A stretch of DNA of 37,877 nt from Hyphomicrobiales bacterium (GCA_027058735.1 JALURZ010000052.1:1-37877), one strand, 5' to 3'; positions 1-8,242 are shown, counted from the stretch's first letter. The notes: generated from the letters alone by a model not told the origin. Numbers and translations: made by a program.

Positions 1-552
1 GTACAGTTCACTCTGGTGCCCATGTTATCGGCGCTCGATGGCGATTCGGAAGAAGACTGGGTGGCCGCGGTCATCCGCGCCCTGCGCGAACTGGCGCTCA
101 ACCCGGTGGTGATCGCGGCGCTGCTGGGCGCGGTTGCGGCGGCGGTTTCCCTCGAACTGGCGCTGCCCGTCAGGCGCCTGCTGGACTATCTCTCGCGCGC
201 AGCCCTGCCATGCGCATTGTTCGCGATCGGGGTGACGGTCGCGCTGCGCCCGCTGCGCAGCTTCGGGCCCGAGTTCCCCTTCATCATCTTTTGCAAGATG
301 ATCCTGCATCCGGTTCTGGTGCTGCTCGTTCTCAATCTGATGGGGGGCATTGAACCGTTGTGGATCGGCACAGCAGTGCTGATGGCGGCGATGCCTAGCG
401 CTGCGAGCGTCTATGTGCTTGCCGCCAAAACGGATGCCTATGTGGACGGTGCATCGAACGCCATTCTGGTCTCGACCGCGGTGTCCCTGTTCACGGTCAC
501 GTTTCTGCTCTACCTGGTGGACCAGCAATTGCTGCCGTCCGGTTTGTTTTGA
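1..552 (+). CDS. AEC (auxin efflux carrier) family transporter, C-terminal part; 5' end lies outside the window
   Basis: The frame is open from base 1 with no upstream stop, and the stop is TGA at 550-552. The product is very hydrophobic with multiple TM helices, and the C-terminal pattern (PSAASVYVLAAK...ASNAILVSTAVSLFTV) is typical of AEC/MdcF-like permeases. Its ~183 aa is about half of a normal ~310 aa member. Confidence 0.7.
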   Translation, partial: VQFTLVPMLSALDGDSEEDWVAAVIRALRELALNPVVIAALLGAVAAAVSLELALPVRRLLDYLSRAALPCALFAIGVTVALRPLRSFGPEFPFIIFCKMILHPVLVLLVLNLMGGIEPLWIGTAVLMAAMPSAASVYVLAAKTDAYVDGASNAILVSTAVSLFTVTFLLYLVDQQLLPSGLF

Positions 553-585
553 CGGCTTCGCAGCCCCTGATTTTCGGCAACGCCC

Positions 586-1719
586 ATGACTGACATTCAA
601 CCGCTCTCAGGCATCAAGGTGCTCGATTTCACAACGCTTTTGCCCGGTCCCATGGCGGCTCTGGTGCTGGCGGAATCGGGCGCGGAGGTCATCAAGATCG
701 AACGCCCAGGCACCGGCGAGGACATGCGCGCCTATGCGCCGAAATGGGGCCGGGACGCCATCAATTTCGCCATGCTCAACCGGGGCAAGAAGAGCCTTGC
801 CCTCAATCTTAAAGACCCCCAGGCGCTGGCGCTGCTGCGCCCGGTTCTCGAAGAAGCCGATGTCTTGATGGAGCAGTTCCGACCCGGCGTGATGGAGCGC
901 CTGGGGCTTGGATATGAGGCGGTCAGGCGAATCAACCCGAAGATCATCTATTGTTCGATTTCCGGATACGGCCATACCGGCCCGCGCGCCCATACGGCCG
1001 GGCACGATCTGAACTATATCGGCGATACCGGCCTGCTGGCGCTGTCCATGGGCAGCCGCCAGCAGCCGGTCATACCGCCCGCACTGATCGCGGATCTGGC
1101 GGCCGGCAGCTATCCGGCCGTCGTCAATATTCTGCTGGCGCTGATCGCCCGGCGCCAGACAGGCGAGGGGACCCATCTCGATATCGCCATGACGGACAAT
1201 TTGTTCATGCTCGCATATTGGGCGATCGGCAAGGGGCTGGTGAGCGGGCAATGGCCGCAAAACGGCCGCGACCTGGTGACCGGCGGATCGCCGCGCTACC
1301 GGATCTATCCTACCCGGGATGACCGGTTTGTGGCCGCCGCGCCGCTCGAACAGAAATTCTGGGAGCGGTTCTGCGAACTCATCGAGCTGCCCGAGGCCTT
1401 GCGCGACGACACGGCGGACCGCGCGGCGACCATTGCCGCGGTGGGCGACATTATTGGCGCGATGCCGGCCAGTCACTGGCGCCAGAAATTTTTCGGCGAA
1501 GATTGTTGCTGCTCCATAGTCCAGGACCTGGAAGCGGCCCTGAACGACCCGCATTTTCGCGCCCGCGGCCTGTTTGAACACATACTGACCAACGAAGACG
1601 GCAGCCTGCTGCCCGCGCTGCCGGTGCCGGTCGCGCCGCAGTTCCGCGCGCCCTCCGATCAACCGGGCGCCGCCCCGGCGCTGGGGGCGCATAACGATGA
1701 GATCCTCAAATCGAAATAA
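586..1719 (+). CDS. CaiB/BaiF family III CoA-transferase (alpha-methylacyl-CoA racemase-like)
   Basis: The N-terminus LSGIKVLDFTTLLPGPMAALVLAESGAEVIKIERP and the motif GHDLNYIGDTG are hallmark family III CoA-transferase/AMACR signatures. Length is 377 aa. Confidence 0.85.
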   Translation: MTDIQPLSGIKVLDFTTLLPGPMAALVLAESGAEVIKIERPGTGEDMRAYAPKWGRDAINFAMLNRGKKSLALNLKDPQALALLRPVLEEADVLMEQFRPGVMERLGLGYEAVRRINPKIIYCSISGYGHTGPRAHTAGHDLNYIGDTGLLALSMGSRQQPVIPPALIADLAAGSYPAVVNILLALIARRQTGEGTHLDIAMTDNLFMLAYWAIGKGLVSGQWPQNGRDLVTGGSPRYRIYPTRDDRFVAAAPLEQKFWERFCELIELPEALRDDTADRAATIAAVGDIIGAMPASHWRQKFFGEDCCCSIVQDLEAALNDPHFRARGLFEHILTNEDGSLLPALPVPVAPQFRAPSDQPGAAPALGAHNDEILKSK

Positions 1720-1722
1720 AAG

Positions 1723-2943
1723 TCAGGGCCGCATCAAGGCGGGCAGGTCGCGCTCCGTGCCCACCCCGTTGCGCATGACGAACTGCCGCAGCGGGCCGAC
1801 GCGCTGAAGCAGCGACAGCCCGATGCCCCGCATCGCCTGGGCGGGCAGATGGTCGGACAGCAAGGTGCGGTTCAAGAGATCGGTCACCACGCCGCGCGGC
1901 ACGACATCGCGCCGGCGGAGGCGGTTATAGGCAGCCAGCAGCGCCGCGCCGCCGATGTCATCGTTGCTCCCATGAGCCGCGGCGACAAGGTCCAGAACCA
2001 GCGCGGCATCCCGCAACCCCAGATTGAGCCCCTGGGCGCCGATCGGCGGCAGCACATGACCCGCTTCGCCAACGAGCACGGTGCGGCGGCGGGCAAAGCG
2101 TCGCGCCATCAGCGGGGCGACGCGAAAGGCGACACGGCGGGTCACATCGCCAAGCGCGCCGAAACAGGAATGCGTCGCGGTTTCCAGCTCGGCGGCGAAG
2201 GCGTCATCGCCCAGCGCCGTCAGTTGTTCGGCTCTGGCGCCGGTTTCAACCCACACCAGACTCGAGCGCCGGCCCGGCTGGGGCACCAGGGTGAGGGGGC
2301 CGGGGGGACGGTGAAACTCGATCGATGTATCCTCATGAGCCATATCATGCGCAAAACAGCACACAAGAGCCGTCTGATCGAATGTCTGAACGCGCGTGGC
2401 GATGCCGGCGGCATCGCGGCACGGCGAATCGCGCCCGTCCGCCGCCACGATCAGCGCAGCCTCGACACGCGCGCCCGAACACAGCCTCACCACGGGCGAA
2501 GCGCCCGTATGATCCACCCCCGCCACCGCCCCGGCGCGCAGTTCGAGGCCGGGCAGTCTGGCGGCACGCGTATGCAGCGCCTGGATCAGCTCGCCCACCG
2601 GCACGTTCCAGCCGAATGGCTCGGTCCCGATTTCACGGGCATCGAAATGGGTCTCCGGCGCACGCAGGAGGCGGCCGGTGTCGTCGATCAGCCTCAGATG
2701 CCAGAGCGGCGCGCATAGCCGCTCCAGCCCTGACCACACCCCGGCATGGCGCAACAGCCGGATGGCGCCCTGCATGAGGGCGGTGGTGCGCGCGTCGATC
2801 TGCTCCGCGCTGCGCCCAAGCTTGTCGATATCCGGCGCCACGCAAAGAACGTCCAGCCCGGCTTCGGCCAGCAGCAGCGCGCTCATCAGCCCCGCCGGTC
2901 CGGCCCCCGCCACCAGAATCTGCACACGCTCCTGTCTGGCCAT
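1723..2943 (-). CDS. UbiH/UbiF/VisC/COQ6-family FAD-dependent hydroxylase
   Basis: N-terminal GxGxxG dinucleotide fold (VQILVAGAGPAGLMSALLLAEAG), DG motif (IVAADGRDSPCR) and GEAGHVLPPIGAQGLNLGLRDA motif. 406 aa. Confidence 0.8.
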   Translation of the reverse strand: MARQERVQILVAGAGPAGLMSALLLAEAGLDVLCVAPDIDKLGRSAEQIDARTTALMQGAIRLLRHAGVWSGLERLCAPLWHLRLIDDTGRLLRAPETHFDAREIGTEPFGWNVPVGELIQALHTRAARLPGLELRAGAVAGVDHTGASPVVRLCSGARVEAALIVAADGRDSPCRDAAGIATRVQTFDQTALVCCFAHDMAHEDTSIEFHRPPGPLTLVPQPGRRSSLVWVETGARAEQLTALGDDAFAAELETATHSCFGALGDVTRRVAFRVAPLMARRFARRRTVLVGEAGHVLPPIGAQGLNLGLRDAALVLDLVAAAHGSNDDIGGAALLAAYNRLRRRDVVPRGVVTDLLNRTLLSDHLPAQAMRGIGLSLLQRVGPLRQFVMRNGVGTERDLPALMRP

Positions 2944-3131
2944 TGTCAGCTTCCGTTCGTGCGGTTTCGGTCCCGCTGCCCACAGTGGCGCCGCAACGCG
3001 CGTTTGCCAACCCCCTTGCGACGCGCCGCCGCACAGGGGATGGTCTCTTCCAACTGCGGCATTTCCCGCCCGCCCCCTGATCTGATAGGTTCACCGCGAA
3101 CAACCCGATTGCCGACAGGAGCCATGCACCC

Positions 3132-3920
3132 ATGGGATATGAGTCCATCCGTCTTCAACATGACGGCGCCGTCGCCACATTGACGCTGGCGCGGCCCGAC
3201 AAGCTCAACAGCTTCACCGCCGCGATGCATGTGGAAATCCGCGACGCGCTGGATAAAATCCAAAACGGCGGAGACGCCCGCTCGTTGCTGATTACCGGCG
3301 AGGGGCGCGGATTCTGCGCCGGCCAGGACCTGGGCGACCCGGCCTTTCCCATGTGGCCGGACGGCGATGTGGGCGAGGCGCTGGAGCGCGACTACAACCC
3401 CCTCGTTTTGCGGTTGCGCGCGCTGCCCATCCCCGTGATATGCGCGGTCAACGGGGTCGCGGCGGGCGCAGGCGCCAATATCGCCCTTGCCTGCGACATC
3501 GTTCTGGCGGCCCGCAGCGCGAAATTCATTCAGGCATTCTGCAAGATCGGCCTGGTGCCCGATTCCGGCGGCACACTGACACTGACCCGCCTGGCGGGCG
3601 AGGCGCGCGCCAAGGGCATGGCGATGCTGGGCGAGGGCGTCAGCGCCGAACAGGCCCTTGACTGGGGCATGATCTGGCAGGTGTGCGACGATGATACGCT
3701 GATGGATGAGGCCCGCGCGCTGGCCATGCGCCTGGCGCACATGCCGACCCGCGCCCTTGGTCTCGTAAAGGGGGCCATTCATGCAGCGCCCACCAATGAC
3801 ATGGCCGCCCAACTCGAGCTGGAGGCGGATTACCAGCGCCAGGCGGCGAACAGCGCCGACTACGGCGAGGGCGTTAACGCATTTTTGGAAAAAAGGAAGC
3901 CGGTCTTCACCGGAAAGTAG
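3132..3920 (+). CDS. Enoyl-CoA hydratase/isomerase (crotonase) family protein, PaaG-like
   Basis: ATLTLARPDKLNSFTAAMHVEIRDALD...LLITGEGRGFCAGQDL closely resembles the PaaG-type N-terminus. AGGAG lies 10 nt upstream of the ATG. 262 aa. Confidence 0.85.
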   Translation: MGYESIRLQHDGAVATLTLARPDKLNSFTAAMHVEIRDALDKIQNGGDARSLLITGEGRGFCAGQDLGDPAFPMWPDGDVGEALERDYNPLVLRLRALPIPVICAVNGVAAGAGANIALACDIVLAARSAKFIQAFCKIGLVPDSGGTLTLTRLAGEARAKGMAMLGEGVSAEQALDWGMIWQVCDDDTLMDEARALAMRLAHMPTRALGLVKGAIHAAPTNDMAAQLELEADYQRQAANSADYGEGVNAFLEKRKPVFTGK

Positions 3921-3936
3921 ATAGTGGCCGCCAGCA

Positions 3937-4857
3937 ATGTCTGACACTGGAAAAGCATGGATGCAGGGCGCCGTTCGGCACGGTCTTTTGCAGGCGTTCC
4001 TGCGCCCGCGCGCGCTGGTGCTGACGACCTGTGCGCTTGCGGCAATCGCCGGCTGGATCACGCTTGTCGCCATGGCGGGTGAATTCAGCCGCCGGACGGC
4101 GGGCCTCGACGCCGGCCCGGGCATGGGGCTGGCGGGGGCGCTGCTTCAGGTTCTGGTTCCCGGCGACGGCCTGCTGGCGGTGCTCACCTCCTTGTGCCGG
4201 GCCGCGATCCCGCAAAGCCTGAGCGCGGATCCGGCCAGCCTCCCGTTCGCCGTCTCGTTTCTGGCGGTACTGGTCATGTGGCTGGCGATGACGGCGGCGA
4301 TGATGCTGCCGGGCGCGGCACCGATGTTCTCCACCTATGCAAACATCGCGGAAGCCGCGAGGGAGCGCAGCGTCCCGGTCGCCGGGCCGCTGGTGCTCGT
4401 TGCCGGCTACGCCACGGTGTGGATCGGATTCGGCCTGCTGGCGAGCGGCGCGCAGGTGGCGCTCGTTCACGGCGGCTGGCTGTCGGGCGCGCTGCGGCCG
4501 GTCTCGCCTTATCTCGCCGCCGGCATTCTGGCCGTTGCGGGAGCCTATCAGTTCAGCGCGTACAAACATGCCTGCCTCGCCAGATGCCGCGCGCCGTTCG
4601 CGTTTTTCTTCGCCAACTGGACGGTGCGGCCGGCCGGGATATTCAAATTGGGCCTCCGGCAGGGGGTCGTGTGTCTTGCCTGCTGCTGGGCGCTGATGTC
4701 GGTGATGTTTGCCGCAGGGCTGATGAATATCGTATGGATGGCGCTGCTGGGGATCCTCATGGCGCTGGAAAAAACCGTGCGGAATCCGCGCCCGCTCGTG
4801 GCGGCTTCGGGCGCCGGTTTTCTGGTTTGGGCCGCCGCATTTGCGGTTATGGGTTAG
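3937..4857 (+). CDS. DUF2182 (COG5486) predicted metal-binding polytopic membrane protein
   Basis: About 6 hydrophobic helices. Met-rich helix MWLAMTAAMMLPGAAPM (4276-4326), H-x-C-x3-C (HACLARC, 4567-4587) and C-x2-CC (CLACC, 4672-4686). Family assignment is by recognition of the typical DUF2182 pattern and its usual DUF1326 partner. Start is uncertain (ATG 3937 or 3961). Confidence 0.7.
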   Translation: MSDTGKAWMQGAVRHGLLQAFLRPRALVLTTCALAAIAGWITLVAMAGEFSRRTAGLDAGPGMGLAGALLQVLVPGDGLLAVLTSLCRAAIPQSLSADPASLPFAVSFLAVLVMWLAMTAAMMLPGAAPMFSTYANIAEAARERSVPVAGPLVLVAGYATVWIGFGLLASGAQVALVHGGWLSGALRPVSPYLAAGILAVAGAYQFSAYKHACLARCRAPFAFFFANWTVRPAGIFKLGLRQGVVCLACCWALMSVMFAAGLMNIVWMALLGILMALEKTVRNPRPLVAASGAGFLVWAAAFAVMG

Positions 4858-4885
4858 CGCCGTTTCTGTCTGGAGTTTGAAGACG

Positions 4886-5503
4886 ATGAGTGCACTGGAG
4901 CCTTGGACCCTGAAGGGCGAACTGACGCTGAGTTGCAATTGCACGGTGTTTTGCCCCTGCGTGCTCTCGCTGGGGCAACACCCGCCGACGGAAGGCTACT
5001 GTCAGACCTGGATCGGCATTCGTATCGACAAGGGTGAGTATGGGGAGGTTGGGCTGTCGGGTCTTAATGTCGGCCTGATTGTCGAAATTCCGGGCCTGAT
5101 GGGCCGTGGCAACTGGACCGCGGCGGCCATCGTCGATGAACGCGCGGACATCTATGCGCTCAAGGCGCTGACCAGGATTTTTTCCGGCCGGGCCGGCGGC
5201 TCGACCGGGCTGCTGTCCATTCTGGTCGGCAAGTTCCTGGGCGTACAGCAGGCCCCGGTATTGTATGAAAACGACGGCGATATCAGGCGCTTCAAGATCC
5301 CCAAAATGGTCGATGGCGAAGTCGAGCCGGTCGCCGGCAAGGCGAAGGACAAAGGCGTCGTCATCACCAACAGCGAATACTGGATCGCGCCCGAAGTCAC
5401 CGTGGCGCGCGCCACCAGGAGCCGGGTGCGGGCGTTTGGCCGGGTCTGGAACTTCGCGGGCCGCAGCGCCGAAATCTGCGCCCTCGACTGGTCCGGGCCG
5501 TGA
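4886..5503 (+). CDS. DUF1326 family protein with N-terminal CxCx3CxC cluster
   Basis: LSCNCTVFCPCVLSLG (Cys codons at 4934, 4940, 4952, 4958) is the characteristic DUF1326 N-terminus. There is no signal peptide. I prefer ATG 4886 over the ORF-track start at 4841, which overlaps the upstream gene and adds an implausible N-terminal extension. Confidence 0.7.
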   Translation: MSALEPWTLKGELTLSCNCTVFCPCVLSLGQHPPTEGYCQTWIGIRIDKGEYGEVGLSGLNVGLIVEIPGLMGRGNWTAAAIVDERADIYALKALTRIFSGRAGGSTGLLSILVGKFLGVQQAPVLYENDGDIRRFKIPKMVDGEVEPVAGKAKDKGVVITNSEYWIAPEVTVARATRSRVRAFGRVWNFAGRSAEICALDWSGP

Positions 5504-5517
5504 GTTCGCGACCGGGC

Positions 5518-7503
5518 CTATTGGCGCTGCTGGAAGTCGGGGGCGAGATCGGCGGCCGGGTTCTTGTCCAGCATGTTGAACGGGCGCAGGGTGAACTCAA
5601 GCCACATGCCGGGCATGATGGGCCAGTCTTCGGTGCGGGTGACGTGGTGAAACCCGGCTGAGTACCAGATCACCAGATCCTTGTTTTCGACGCTTTCACC
5701 ATCGCCAACGAATTCGGGCAGGCCCTGGCCCGGCTCGCTCTGGTTTGCAAAGTCTCCCGCCGCGCGGCGTTCATCGGGCTTGTAGCGGCTGACCCACATT
5801 TTCTCGGCCGAAAAAGCAGCGCGCCCCTGGGCCGGATCGTCGGGCGACAGCACCGAAGGCGCCTGCTGGCCGGGCAGGATCTGAATACCCGGATAATAGC
5901 CCCGTGAGGTCACGCGATTGGGGTTGATGACGCGCCACATGGTTGGGCGTTTTCCCTCGCGCACCGGGCCCTCGCGCGCGATCGTCGTGCTTCGCAGGGT
6001 CCAGATGCTGCGCCGCTGCGCTGTTTCGGGCAGGCGTTTTGGCACGATCTCCTCGCGCACCAGCGAATTGGCCTGGCCATCGACATCGAGATCGAGGCGG
6101 AAGGAAAACTGATGATCGTGATAAACCCCCAGCACTCCCGGCGCGACCAGGGTGCCATAAGAGGTCTCACCCCCCAGAACCGGGCTTTCGGGTTTCACAT
6201 CCGTGACGGTCTTGACCGCCAGATAGCCCAGCGCGCCGACCCGCGCCTTGATGCTGCCATCCAGCCGGAACACCCAGTCCAGCGCGTAATCGTAGTTGCC
6301 GACGGTGGTGATCATGCGCACCACCAGTTCGATATCGGGGCGGCTTGCGATGCGTTTGGTTGCAGGGTCGCGATGGCGCCACAGCGGATCGCCGGTCGCG
6401 CGTTCGAACACGCATACCGCCCGCTTGACCGCGAACAGCGTGCCGCGGTCGCCGGGAATGCCGACGGTGATGAACGCCGATTGCAGCGGGCAGTCCTTGC
6501 CCGCGGCCAGGGACGAGGCCAGATAGCCGATGCCGTATTCGCCCGCGTCCATGAAGGTGCGGAAAGACCAGGTGGGATCGGTGTCCATGTAGGGCACGAA
6601 CATTTCGCTCAAGGAAAGCTGGTAAGCCATGAGCCGGTCGATTCCGTTTTGGCGCAGTTTCACCAGCGAAATCACCGGACCGATCTGGCGCTCGATACGC
6701 AACTGGAACGACCAGCCCTGCCACCTTATGAGCCAGCCGCGCTCGATCTGGAAATTCCGCCCCTCCGGCGACAGATTGAGCACGGGCTTGAGCGGCGCGC
6801 GGTATTGCGGCGGTTTGCCCGCGGCGCGCTCAACGCTTTGCGCCGGCGGCACGACAACATCGCGATCGATGACATTGACGACGCGTTCGCCATCGATGTC
6901 GACCAAGGCCACCACGCCTTCTATGGGCTGGCCCGTATAGCGGCTGATCGCCCGGGTATTGTCATAGCAGATCACCATCAGGATGCGTCGCTGCTGCGTC
7001 GGCGAATCGGGAAAGCGGCCGGGCGGGAGAGGGGTGCAGCCGATTTTGCTGAAATCGGTGAGGTTTCGCCGTCTCATCGCCGCCTGCCAGCGCGGGCTGG
7101 CCTTGGTGAGGGCGCGGGCGCGGTCGAATTCATGCTGCATGATGCTGGGCTGAACCCCGGGCAATTGCCGGTGAGAGAGCACTTTCCCGGCCGTGAGATC
7201 GACAATCGCGTCAAACGTCCTGGCGTCACGGCGCATGGTCACCCGCACCTTGCGGGTGAAGGGGTCACCGGGCCGCCATTTGAGTATGTCGGCCTTGGGC
7301 GCCTCTTCAAGGCGCATGTCGGGAAAGCGGGTTTCATCGTCCGCATAGCCGGCTGAGCGCAGCAGCCTGAGGGCCGTTTGAACTTCGCCGCCGGTCAGGG
7401 CCGCTAGCGGATGAGGCACCTGCTGGGCGCGGGCCGGCAGCACCGCAGCCAATAGCAGCACGGCCAGGACCGTCAATCGCGCACCTGTAAATCCTCCGGT
7501 CAT
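5518..7503 (-). CDS. tynA: Copper-containing primary amine oxidase (TPQ cofactor), secreted
   Basis: The TPQ consensus TTVGNYDYALDW is present, with the precursor Tyr codon at 6292-6294. Also present are the catalytic-base region FMDAGEYGIGY, the HxH copper ligands in VYHDHQFSF, and a later GFHHVTRTEDWP. The N-terminal signal peptide is MTGGFTGARLTVLAVLLLAAVLPARA/QQ. 661 aa. Confidence 0.9.
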   Translation of the reverse strand: MTGGFTGARLTVLAVLLLAAVLPARAQQVPHPLAALTGGEVQTALRLLRSAGYADDETRFPDMRLEEAPKADILKWRPGDPFTRKVRVTMRRDARTFDAIVDLTAGKVLSHRQLPGVQPSIMQHEFDRARALTKASPRWQAAMRRRNLTDFSKIGCTPLPPGRFPDSPTQQRRILMVICYDNTRAISRYTGQPIEGVVALVDIDGERVVNVIDRDVVVPPAQSVERAAGKPPQYRAPLKPVLNLSPEGRNFQIERGWLIRWQGWSFQLRIERQIGPVISLVKLRQNGIDRLMAYQLSLSEMFVPYMDTDPTWSFRTFMDAGEYGIGYLASSLAAGKDCPLQSAFITVGIPGDRGTLFAVKRAVCVFERATGDPLWRHRDPATKRIASRPDIELVVRMITTVGNYDYALDWVFRLDGSIKARVGALGYLAVKTVTDVKPESPVLGGETSYGTLVAPGVLGVYHDHQFSFRLDLDVDGQANSLVREEIVPKRLPETAQRRSIWTLRSTTIAREGPVREGKRPTMWRVINPNRVTSRGYYPGIQILPGQQAPSVLSPDDPAQGRAAFSAEKMWVSRYKPDERRAAGDFANQSEPGQGLPEFVGDGESVENKDLVIWYSAGFHHVTRTEDWPIMPGMWLEFTLRPFNMLDKNPAADLAPDFQQRQ

Positions 7504-7550
7504 GCCCGCTTCTTTTTCGACAGGATCCCAGCGTCGATGCGTACAGGGTT

Positions 7551-7569
7551 GCGTGGCGATTCGCCACGC
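7551..7569. promoter_or_regulatory. Inverted repeat GCGTGGCGA-T-TCGCCACGC in the divergent amine oxidase/kbp intergenic region
   Basis: Two perfect 9-nt arms around one central base, read directly from the sequence. It lies about 50-65 nt upstream of the oxidase ATG. Function (operator or 5' UTR hairpin) is not established. Confidence 0.4.
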
Positions 7570-7706
7570 GGCGTGTGGAAAACGGCTGCGTGCAACGCTT
7601 GTCCTGCATGGCGCGGGGCCGCCGCGCCCGGGGGGGTGGATTTACGGCGGATATGTCCGTATAGGTGGTGGCGCAGTGAAACGATCTATTATAACAGGAG
7701 GTGCTC

Positions 7707-8147
7707 ATGGGGATCTTTTCGTTTATCAAATCGGCGGGCGAGGCGCTGGGCATTGGCGGCGGCGACCCGACCGCCGATGACATCAAAAAGGCGATCGACT
7801 CACATGGGCTGGGTTCGGAAGGCGTGCAGGTCGAGGTGCAGGGCGACAAGGCGGTCATCACCGGCGAGGTGAAAGACAAGTCGGTACTGGAGAAGGTCAT
7901 TCTGGCGGCCGGAAACGTGCTTGGCATCGGAACCGTTGAGTCCAAGGCCCGCGCGGCGGATGAGGCAGGCGCGGATTCTGAATTTTACACGGTCAAGAAG
8001 GGCGATACGCTCTGGAAGATCTCCGAGGCCCAGTACGGCAAGGGCAAGGGCGGCAAGTACAATGTCATCTTCGAGGCCAACCGGCCGATGCTGACCCACC
8101 CGGACAAGATCTACCCCGGCCAGGTGCTGCGCATTCCTCCGCTCTAG
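7707..8147 (+). CDS. kbp: BON + LysM domain protein, homologue of potassium-binding protein Kbp (YgaU)
   Basis: It aligns by eye end to end with E. coli YgaU/Kbp: MGIFSFIKSAGE..., KAVITGEV...KVILAAGNV.GI..V, and FYTVKKGDTLWKIS...IFEANRPMLTHPDKIYPGQVLRIP. AGGAGG lies 5 nt upstream of ATG 7707. Confidence 0.9.
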   Translation: MGIFSFIKSAGEALGIGGGDPTADDIKKAIDSHGLGSEGVQVEVQGDKAVITGEVKDKSVLEKVILAAGNVLGIGTVESKARAADEAGADSEFYTVKKGDTLWKISEAQYGKGKGGKYNVIFEANRPMLTHPDKIYPGQVLRIPPL

Positions 8148-8189
8148 CGCTGGCGGGGATTTGCGAACCGGACCCCGTGGGACGGGCCG

Positions 8190-8198
8190 CCCCCCCCC
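8190..8198. repeat. Homopolymeric C9 tract in the kbp / XRE-regulator intergenic region
   Basis: Nine consecutive C read directly. This is the longest homopolymer I saw in the window, and it is non-coding. Confidence 0.6.
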
Positions 8199-8242
8199 GA
8201 GGCTTTGCATCTTTTCCCGGCGCGCGCGCATTGCAGCCCGGA

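Noticed and set aside
7577-7670. Possible EcfG/general-stress promoter (GGAAC-N16-17-CGTT) upstream of kbp, expected because BON/LysM genes are often in that regulon.
   Set aside because: Only degenerate matches are present (GGAAAAC...ACGCTT and GGATTT-N15-CGTA). Neither satisfies both boxes with correct spacing.
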